The position numbers and the translations under genes are program-made. A stretch of 64,000 nucleotides of DNA from an uncultured Pseudomonadales bacterium. GTDB lineage: Bacteria > Patescibacteriota > Microgenomatia > UBA1400 > Chazhemtobacteraceae. The stretch is taken from assembly GCA_964618725.1 (NCBI GenBank), contig CAZUBK010000002.1, positions 3,992 through 67,991 on the forward strand, given 5' to 3'. Shown in pieces: positions 57,647 through 64,000 of the stretch; positions within the stretch are counted from its first letter, which is position 1, and each line of letters begins with the position of its first letter. The notes beneath the pieces are model-generated. The model was not told where the DNA came from, did no database searches, and saw nothing but the letters and a program-made list of their open reading frames with translations.

Positions 57647-57675
57647 TTGACTTTAGGCAGCACTTGTGGTATATT
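57647..57675 (+). promoter_or_regulatory. Canonical sigma70 promoter TTGACT-17-TATATT with TGn extension, plus strong RBS AAGGAGG at 57716-57722
   Basis: -35 at 57647-52, -10 at 57670-75 (tggTATATT), ahead of the high-GC ORF. Confidence 0.5.
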
Positions 57676-57727
57676 CCATGAAGTAAGAAATTTATTTTCC
57701 CAAGTTCTTTAAACCAAGGAGGAACCC

Positions 57728-58231
57728 ATGTCAAAGATCACTGGCAAACAGATTTTGGCCGCCCTCATGAAGGACCCTGAATACTCGGCGCAGCCTGCTT
57801 CAGTCCTCGCCGTCACCGACCCGTTCATGCTCGCCATCCCTGATGCGCTGAAAGATCACCTCGACAAGATCGTGACCCTCGCCACCCTGATGGATGCGAA
57901 GATCGCCTTCCTGCGCTACTGCGTCGAGAACGACTACGTCAAGAAAGTTGTCGCCGCGATGCCCGAAGACTCGTTCGGCTGGATGGATGCCAAAGGCGTT
58001 GTCGAAATGATGCAGGGCATAATGGCGCAGGTTGTGGAAATACTCGCCGAATTTGTGAAGGATGTCCCGGCGTTCCTTGAATCCCAAGGGATTACCGAGG
58101 AACAAATGATGGCGCACCCTAAAGGTGTGGCTCTCAAGCCCAATGTCCTCAAACTTTACAAGGCTGGCAACCTGACCATTGCCGATGTCCTGAAGATGCA
58201 ACCGATGGTGATCGTCAAGAACACCAAATAG
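57728..58231 (+). CDS. Hypothetical all-alpha protein (167 aa) encoded by distinctly GC-rich DNA; probable horizontally acquired gene
   Basis: Visibly high GC with G/C-ending codons (gccgccctcatgaaggaccctgaatactcggcgcag...), unlike surrounding genes. Strong SD. tRNA-Gln 250 nt upstream. Confidence 0.5.
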   Translation: MSKITGKQILAALMKDPEYSAQPASVLAVTDPFMLAIPDALKDHLDKIVTLATLMDAKIAFLRYCVENDYVKKVVAAMPEDSFGWMDAKGVVEMMQGIMAQVVEILAEFVKDVPAFLESQGITEEQMMAHPKGVALKPNVLKLYKAGNLTIADVLKMQPMVIVKNTK

Positions 58232-58437
58232 TTTCCTAATCGTCAAATAGAGACTACTCGATACGAGTGGTCTCTATTTTATTGTGAAATTTGCTATTGT
58301 CTGAATATTAAAATTGGAGATCTTTCACTGTAAACACGGAGTGGAGGGGTAATCTCTTCATTAGGAATTTTGTTGAAAATACGTTCGCACTTCGTTGTAA
58401 CAGGCAACAAAATTGGACGCGCTGATATACTTGACCT

Positions 58438-59010
58438 ATGAACTTAATGGTCAAAATAATTTTTGTCCACGGATATACCGCTTCATCTAAGGTGGATTGG
58501 TATCCGAACATAAGTAAGCAGCTTGATAAACTCGGGATTGAGTACTCTATTCCGGATTTACCCGGAGACGAATTTCCTCACAGCAAAGATTGGATTGAAA
58601 TAATCAAAAGAGAAGTTGATTCTACAGATAAACAGGTCGTTTTAGTTGGCCATAGTTTGGGAACTAGAGCTGTTCTTCTTTATTTAGATCAATATCAAGA
58701 GAAAGTGAATCCTGTCATTCTGATTGCTCCACTAAGTAACGAGGTTTCAAATGCAGACAGACAAGATGGGGAAACATATCCCGATTTTTTTGAATATAAA
58801 ATCGATCTAAATAAGATTAAAGGGTTGGCTGACAAATTTGTTGTCGTACATTCGAAGGACGACAGCTCGCTGGATTATGAAACTCACGGGGTTGTTCTAG
58901 CCAACGAACTTGGCGCCAAACTGATTACCTTTGAGGATAGAGACCACTTTAGTGAACCAGAAAATGCACCCATTATTCTTGAAGTATTAAAATCAGAATT
59001 GAACCTATGA
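58438..59010 (+). CDS. Alpha/beta-fold serine hydrolase (YdeN/RBBP9-like)
   Basis: Nucleophile elbow VGHSLG; Asp/His candidates (HSKDD; DHF). About 185 aa, matching the YdeN family length. Confidence 0.65.
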   Translation: MNLMVKIIFVHGYTASSKVDWYPNISKQLDKLGIEYSIPDLPGDEFPHSKDWIEIIKREVDSTDKQVVLVGHSLGTRAVLLYLDQYQEKVNPVILIAPLSNEVSNADRQDGETYPDFFEYKIDLNKIKGLADKFVVVHSKDDSSLDYETHGVVLANELGAKLITFEDRDHFSEPENAPIILEVLKSELNL

Positions 59011-59258
59011 AAACAGCAATCCTAACTGGAGCTAGCACAGGGATTGGTAGAGCAACTGCAATAGTCTTAAGCAAAAATGGATTTCTAGTGTTCTTACTTG
59101 CTCGAAATAAAACTGGACTGGAAGAAACTAAGAAAATTATCGCAGAGAAGGGTGGCGAAGCTGAGGTAGTGGTAACTGATCTTAGTTCTGTCGACTCGAT
59201 TAATGCAGCAATGGAAACCATAAAGAAAAAAGGACTGAGATTACTCTCAGTCCTTTAG
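59007..59258 (+). pseudogene. Truncated short-chain dehydrogenase/reductase (N-terminal 83 aa only)
   Basis: TGASTGIGRATA Rossmann motif and VVVTDLSS, but the ORF stops before the NNAG/YxxxK catalytic region. No continuation in other frames. Confidence 0.55.
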
Positions 59259-59835
59259 CATTTAAAAAACTATCTATCAGGCTCGAACTTGAACTGGCTG
59301 GCGACAATCTTCGGTTCCATGTAGACCGGGGTGACAGTGTCACCGTTCGGATCTTTGCATAAAACCCAAGTTGCCTCAGCAGATGCCGGTGAATACAGGC
59401 ATTTTGTTCTGCCTGAGGCAGAACTTCAGCGCCGTAGTAGCGTTCACCCGATCCGCCTGTTCTGTTTAAGTTGTAAGTTTGGACGCTCTCTGGAGCGCTA
59501 AACTGGACAGCATATGGCAGCGGATAGCCGATGGAGGTGCAAAGAAAGGTAAGTTTACCTCCCAAGACCGTAAGTCCCGGTACAATTGACTGGATTTGGT
59601 TCTCTATATATGAATAGGTCACGAGACCAGTCTGGTCTCTGAGTTCGTAGATATCTTTGGCGAGCTTGAGCTCGCGAAAGTTTACGATTGAGGGGATACC
59701 TACTTCGGCGGCCCCTTCTCTCAGAGAAGTTTCTTGTCTGTCCCGAGTGAGGTCTGAGCTGCTTGGTGGAGGGGCACAGGCGATAAGTAGAAGAGAGATG
59801 ATCAGTAGCGAAAAAGCAATGACTTTCTTCATCAT
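59200..59835 (-). CDS. Hypothetical lipoprotein; C-terminal extent uncertain (last ~60 codons are antisense to the SDR remnant)
   Basis: Signal peptide plus lipobox LLIAC. Translationally coupled (ATGA) to the upstream 59835..60182 gene. Confidence 0.35.
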   Translation of the reverse strand: MMKKVIAFSLLIISLLLIACAPPPSSSDLTRDRQETSLREGAAEVGIPSIVNFRELKLAKDIYELRDQTGLVTYSYIENQIQSIVPGLTVLGGKLTFLCTSIGYPLPYAVQFSAPESVQTYNLNRTGGSGERYYGAEVLPQAEQNACIHRHLLRQLGFYAKIRTVTLSPRSTWNRRLSPASSSSSLIDSFLNAKGLRVISVLFSLWFPLLH

Positions 59836-60182
59836 CAGTATCCCCCGTTGCCTGTTCGAAGCTGCTCAATGAAGTCACGTAAATCTTGAGGAACATCTGA
59901 TTTATTCAAATCAAAGTCTGCAGCCCGACGCAAGATAATGGGCGCAAGGGCCTTTTTCTCCTCGTCATCCGCCTGAATGTACTCGAACTGCATATTCGTT
60001 AACTCTTGGATTATGCCTTGGCGATAGGCCTTTGAATTCTCAAAGGTTTCGCGGTGGACATTCTCGTACTCGGGAGCGAAAACCTTATAAAGAAAGAAAT
60101 CGTTCCCTTGCGCGGCCCAGGTGATGCCAAAAACAATCAGTAGAAATACAACCAAAGTAAGTAATGCATCACGAAACTTCAT
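59835..60182 (-). CDS. Hypothetical N-terminally anchored protein
   Basis: TM LLTLVVFLLIVFGITWAA. Confidence 0.4.
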   Translation of the reverse strand: MKFRDALLTLVVFLLIVFGITWAAQGNDFFLYKVFAPEYENVHRETFENSKAYRQGIIQELTNMQFEYIQADDEEKKALAPIILRRAADFDLNKSDVPQDLRDFIEQLRTGNGGY

Positions 60183-60397
60183 ACCGTCTCCTTTTGTTTG
60201 TATGTATCATGTAGATACAAATGATATGTACAAGATATATTTTATATCTATGAGCTGACTCTTGTCAATACCCTAGGTTACCTTGGAATTTAACATCTTA
60301 TTTAGAACTAGATTACAATTACTCCGTGAAATACAAAACCCTTGGTAAAATAGATGAGTTAAAGAAGCACCTTTGGGAAAGGAACTTTTACTGATAG

Positions 60398-60643
60398 ATG
60401 TCTCGATTTTACATATACATTCTTCGATGCTCAGATGACACCTACTATACGGGATGTACAAGTGACATAGAGCGCAGAGTAAGACAACACAATCAGGCAA
60501 AAAATGGGGCTCATTACACGAAGATAAGGAGACCAGTTGAACTTATCTATTCCGAGCAATATGAAACGTTGGCTTTGGCGAGAAAAAGAGAGGCGGCAAT
60601 AAAGAAGTGGAATAGGGAGAGAAAAGAGAGATTGTGGCGGTAG
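60398..60643 (+). CDS. GIY-YIG nuclease superfamily protein (YhbQ/UPF0213-like)
   Basis: FYIYILRCSDDTYYTGCTSDIERRVRQHN matches the GIY-YIG core. Confidence 0.7.
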   Translation: MSRFYIYILRCSDDTYYTGCTSDIERRVRQHNQAKNGAHYTKIRRPVELIYSEQYETLALARKREAAIKKWNRERKERLWR

Positions 60644-61074
60644 ACAGAATCGAAGTCGCTATATACCATCTTTGCTACAATGAAACGATGAGGAGATTGA
60701 TTTTTGGTCTGTTTATCGCGGTGATTCTTGGGGTAGTAGGCTATTTTGTTTTTATCGGAAAACCATCAATCTCAGATGTCCCCAGTTCAGTTCCAACTAC
60801 GGAAGTAGAACAGGGGCAAATGGGCATAATCGAGATTAAAAACTTTAGCTTTAGTCCGAATAAACAAACAGCTAAACCCGGAGAGAAAATAACAGTTACC
60901 AATCGGGATATTGTTGGTCACACAGTAACGAGTGATCAGGATGGTCTTTTTGATACTGGACTAATCGGTCGAAATGAGTCAAAAACTTTCTCCGCTCCGA
61001 CCACACCCGGTGAATACCCCTATTACTGTACGCCGCATCCATTTATGAAGGCAGTTTTAGTGGTTGAGGAATAA
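60634..61074 (+). CDS. Type-1 (blue) copper protein, plastocyanin/pseudoazurin-like, membrane anchored
   Basis: TM anchor, then cupredoxin with ligands H (GHTVTSD) and C-x2-H-x2-M (YYCTPHPFM). Likely start at internal MRRLIFGLF. Confidence 0.7.
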   Translation: MAVDRIEVAIYHLCYNETMRRLIFGLFIAVILGVVGYFVFIGKPSISDVPSSVPTTEVEQGQMGIIEIKNFSFSPNKQTAKPGEKITVTNRDIVGHTVTSDQDGLFDTGLIGRNESKTFSAPTTPGEYPYYCTPHPFMKAVLVVEE

Positions 61075-61225
61075 TTGAAAACCCACATTGTTATGTGGGT
61101 TTTTGTTGTTCACCTAGTCGAGATCTTTGCCACAGTCCAAACACATTATGTAGCTATAATGTCCGACGGCGTAAGCTGTGGCGTTTTTGTGGAGGCAATC
61201 TCGCTGAAGTGATTCAATTTCTTGT

Positions 61226-61759
61226 TTACTTTCCTTTCGCCAGGATCGCTTGGAGAACTTGTCGGTGAGACTCAAAACCGATGGGCGGAAGGCCATTGAG
61301 CGGCCACCAGGCAACGGCGAGGTTTTCTTTGTTGTCGTTGACCAGTTGCCCTGGAGAGACGGTGACGTGATAGAAGATGACATTGAGACCGGGCTCACGA
61401 TAGTCATCGATTACCTGTTTGATGATTGGCGGGGCAAAATTTAAAACTTTTAAGCCGGTTTCTTCGAGAATCTCGCGGATTAATGTCTCTTCGGGGTGTT
61501 CACCAAATTCGACAAAGCCGGCGGGGATCATCCAAGATCCTCTTTTGGGTGATCTGGCACGTTGAACCAGAACGATTTTTTCATTGTCTTCGTCTAAGAT
61601 TATCCCACCGACGGCCCAAGCGGGTCGAGGGTAGTAGGTCCAGGGACATTTATAGCAATGCTGACGGCGGACCCCATCCTCGATTTTGAAAAGGATAGAG
61701 GTACCACAACGAGGGCAGAATTTAATTGGCTGGGCTTGAATCCTTACCTTACCCTTCAT
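61226..61759 (-). CDS. NUDIX hydrolase with N-terminal zinc ribbon (NudC-like)
   Basis: CPRCG...CYKCP zinc ribbon; Nudix box GFVEFGEHPEETLIREILEETGL. Confidence 0.75.
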   Translation of the reverse strand: MKGKVRIQAQPIKFCPRCGTSILFKIEDGVRRQHCYKCPWTYYPRPAWAVGGIILDEDNEKIVLVQRARSPKRGSWMIPAGFVEFGEHPEETLIREILEETGLKVLNFAPPIIKQVIDDYREPGLNVIFYHVTVSPGQLVNDNKENLAVAWWPLNGLPPIGFESHRQVLQAILAKGK

Positions 61760-61812
61760 TCCTTCTCTCCTGAAAAAAGTCTCTTAATTGAAAGTGCGTG
61801 CTAATTGTATCA

Positions 61813-62169
61813 CTATTTCAATCTTATCGGATTGGATTCTGCCTCATTATCTGCTTTTAGATCCTTAAGGATTAATCTAATGAGACGCTGTCCCTCTTTT
61901 TCTAGAGCGGACTCAATATTTGTATCAGCATTTTGTTTTAGATAGGTGAGTAGTTCTGGATCATAGGGGGCTCTTTCGAGTTGTGTAAGAAAGGTGTGAT
62001 GGTGGTGGGGATGGAGCTTTTGGAGAATGTATTCCATAAGGCCGGCATGAAGAATATCGTCGATCATAGTTTTGAACTGGCTCCTTTTTTCTTCAGGTAA
62101 GTCAAGCTTCTCCAGGTAAAGCCGGATGTGATCTAAGTTGATGAGATGGTCGTAGAAAAGGATAGACAT
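61813..62169 (-). CDS. Hypothetical protein (118 aa) with HPHHHH stretch
   Basis: ORF only; His-rich segment. Confidence 0.35.
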   Translation of the reverse strand: MSILFYDHLINLDHIRLYLEKLDLPEEKRSQFKTMIDDILHAGLMEYILQKLHPHHHHTFLTQLERAPYDPELLTYLKQNADTNIESALEKEGQRLIRLILKDLKADNEAESNPIRLK

Positions 62170-62170
62170 A

Positions 62171-63079
62171 TTAGATTTGTATTTTCTGAGTAACTGGTCC
62201 TAATGGTACTTCGTCGTTAGGGTCATCTATAAATAAGAATATCACTAGACCCTTACGGGGGCCTTTGTGGAGATCGAGGGCTTTCATGGCTTCGGGGGAG
62301 GCGCCAAACTGTTTACCCGTCCACTCTGCCGGACCAGCATCACCCAAGACGGTGACAACGGCGGTGCCATTCTTGGGATTGACGATCAGGATCTTTCTAT
62401 ACTTGTACCAATCGCGAAGAAACTTGAAATCCTGGTTCCAATTTTCAAGATAGAGGGTCTGGGCGACAGAGTAATATTTTTCATTAAGGTAATCTTTCGT
62501 TGTGAATGTGTCCTTGCTATTAGCAAAATAGCCCCAGGCGCCCTTGCCGGGGGCAATGCCAGCTATTTGTTCGTCGTCGTGAAGAGCAATACTGTCGCCA
62601 GGGAAGCGTTGAAGGTGTTGCTCATAGCCGACATAGCCAACCTGATGATTGAGTTGTTGACTCTCAAGGATAGCTTTGGCGGATATGCCAATTTGGTCTT
62701 TGATGGCCTGTTCGATGGGAAGAGCCGCTTCTTCACTTAGTTTGGTGGGGAAATGAGGGACAAGGGGGGCGAGAGCTTGCGAGAACGAGGAATGGAAATC
62801 CTGTTTTTGAGTAATAGTATGGGGAGGAGCCACTGATTGAGTGGCTGTAGACGGGCCGAAGAGTAGGGCGCCAGTCAGTCCGGCGCTGGCAAGAATCTGA
62901 GTGGATTTACGGCGAAGCTCTGAGGCTTTGAGAGAGTTTTTATCTAAGAACTTTTTTGCCTGATGACTTAACCTAGAAAGACGCCGATGAGCTTGGGAGT
63001 GTCGTTTGGTGAGCTTGTCTTCAATTTGTTGTAGGCGGGCAGGGTGGACCATATTACGAAGAAGGAAGCGCTTGATCAA
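62171..63079 (-). CDS. RlpA-like double-psi beta-barrel (DPBB) cell-wall protein
   Basis: C-terminal ILIVNPKNGTAVVTVLGDAGP...ALDL resembles the RlpA DPBB core (v.VtN..NG.sv.VrvnDRGP...iDLS). N-terminal basic/TM region. Confidence 0.5.
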   Translation of the reverse strand: MIKRFLLRNMVHPARLQQIEDKLTKRHSQAHRRLSRLSHQAKKFLDKNSLKASELRRKSTQILASAGLTGALLFGPSTATQSVAPPHTITQKQDFHSSFSQALAPLVPHFPTKLSEEAALPIEQAIKDQIGISAKAILESQQLNHQVGYVGYEQHLQRFPGDSIALHDDEQIAGIAPGKGAWGYFANSKDTFTTKDYLNEKYYSVAQTLYLENWNQDFKFLRDWYKYRKILIVNPKNGTAVVTVLGDAGPAEWTGKQFGASPEAMKALDLHKGPRKGLVIFLFIDDPNDEVPLGPVTQKIQI

Positions 63080-64000
63080 GGCGTGCCAAGACTTCCTCTT
63101 GACCTAAGATTAGCATGGATTGCGTTAGAGGAGGAGTGACTTTTTGACCACAGACGGCAAGACGAAGTGTCATAAAGAAATCACTTCTATGGTAACCCTT
63201 GCTGTTACAGAGCTCTTGTAAATGACCCTCAATGCTTTCTTGATCCCACTGGACAACCTGCAGAACCTCACGGGCAGAAGACAGGAAGTCTTCTTTGTCT
63301 TTGAGTTCCGGGTGAAGAACTGGGCGGTCGATGAAGTACTTAACTAGAGGAGCAAACTCGGTTAACTTGGTGAGGCGGGGTTGAGCAAGAGGGAGGATCT
63401 TAACCAAGAGCTCATCTTCAATGGGATAGTCGATGAAAGGACGGAGTCTCTCCAGGAGATCATCTGGCGGGAGGCGGCGAATCCATTGCGAATTGAAATA
63501 ATCAAGCTTTTGGATATCAAAGACGGCGTTTTGTTTATGGAGTTTGTTTTCATCGAAAAGATTGACCATTTCGTCAAGGGTGAGCAGGGCGGAATTGTCT
63601 TGGTATGAGTAGCCGAGATAAAAGAGAAAGTTGTTGAGAGCCTCGGGTAAATATCCTTCGTCGCGGTATCCCAAGACTGACTTGGCCCCATGACGTTTAC
63701 TTAGTTTTGATTTGTCCGGGCCAAGAACGATGGGGACGTGAGCAAAGACGGGAGGTTGCCAACCAAACGCCTCGAAGAGTTTTATCTGGACGGGCGTAGA
63801 GACAATCCATTCGACGCCACGGAAGACGTGGGAAATCTCCATTAGATGATCATCAATAACGACGGCGAGATGATAAGTGGGGATGCCACTACTTTTCATT
63901 AAGACCTTGTCATCTACTTCTTCATTGGGGATAGAGAGCTTACCTTGGACAAGGTCCTTCCAAGTAGTAAAGCCAGTATCAGGCATCTTGATACGGATGG
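63054..64000 (-). CDS. gltX: Glutamyl-tRNA synthetase, C-terminal two-thirds; 5' end beyond the window
   Basis: KLSKRHG (KMSKS motif), PTYHLAVVIDDHLMEISHVFRG, anticodon-binding helical domain. Frame stays open to position 64000. Confidence 0.85.
   Translation of the reverse strand, partial: IRIKMPDTGFTTWKDLVQGKLSIPNEEVDDKVLMKSSGIPTYHLAVVIDDHLMEISHVFRGVEWIVSTPVQIKLFEAFGWQPPVFAHVPIVLGPDKSKLSKRHGAKSVLGYRDEGYLPEALNNFLFYLGYSYQDNSALLTLDEMVNLFDENKLHKQNAVFDIQKLDYFNSQWIRRLPPDDLLERLRPFIDYPIEDELLVKILPLAQPRLTKLTEFAPLVKYFIDRPVLHPELKDKEDFLSSAREVLQVVQWDQESIEGHLQELCNSKGYHRSDFFMTLRLAVCGQKVTPPLTQSMLILGQEEVLARLDQALPSS

Noticed and set aside
57800-58246. 148-aa minus-strand ORF antisense to the high-GC gene
   Set aside because: Same high-GC open-frame artefact: His/Arg/Asp-rich nonsense translation. 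The sense frame has the promoter and RBS.
61114-61407. 97-aa minus-strand ORF overlapping the NudC-like gene 3' region
   Set aside because: Different frame from the well-supported NUDIX ORF; Ser-rich low-complexity.
1-64000. Scanned for CRISPR arrays, cas genes, transposases, integrases, rRNA
   Set aside because: No regularly spaced direct repeats and no DDE/tyrosine-recombinase-like ORFs were recognised. The accessory regions instead look like decayed islands without surviving mobility genes.

Overview
Gene-dense bacterial chromosome segment (about 90% coding, genetic code 11), moderately AT-rich with short intergenic gaps, many 4-nt start/stop overlaps and weak Shine-Dalgarno sites. The gene content suggests a reduced-genome, monoderm-like organism, possibly CPR/Patescibacteria-like; this is inference only. 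Supporting observations: a minimal ProRS without the editing domain, a lone ClpP-like gene, lipoproteins with Pro/Thr-rich linkers, and no respiratory genes. Housekeeping genes identified: ftsE-ftsX-M23 peptidase, prfB, a MacAB-like efflux trio, nfo, cyclophilin, secA, a D-Ala-D-Ala carboxypeptidase, serS, lysS, greA, guaB, proS, lgt, lon, rarA and gltX (partial). Two tRNAs are present: Glu-CUC and Gln-CUG. Accessory content stands out more: (i) a roughly 7.8 kb copper/thiol-disulfide island (ArsR-YHS regulator, DUF1573, DsbD-like permeases, cupredoxins, copA, copZ, dsbB) with two copies of an ATATTCG-N6-CGAATAT palindrome in its promoters; (ii) an ApbE flavin transferase next to an FMN-binding lipoprotein carrying the Dxx(S/T)GA(S/T) flavinylation motif, plus a second paralog and a VIT-family iron transporter; (iii) a co-oriented cluster of Y-family polymerase, XRE HTH, unknown 260-aa protein, Pro/Thr-rich disordered protein and DUF4258 toxin-like protein; (iv) a tRNA-Glu-adjacent set of an unknown protein, a DinB_2 protein and a short UvrA-paralog; (v) a tRNA-Gln-adjacent high-GC foreign-looking gene with a canonical sigma70 promoter and a truncated SDR remnant; (vi) a T-box-like leader before serS; (vii) a repeated inverted-repeat element with a leader-peptide ORF upstream of prfB that is fused in-frame to the dacA-like gene; (viii) a human-MTH1-like NUDIX gene broken by a 1-nt frameshift in a G-run. 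No CRISPR array, transposase or integrase was found.
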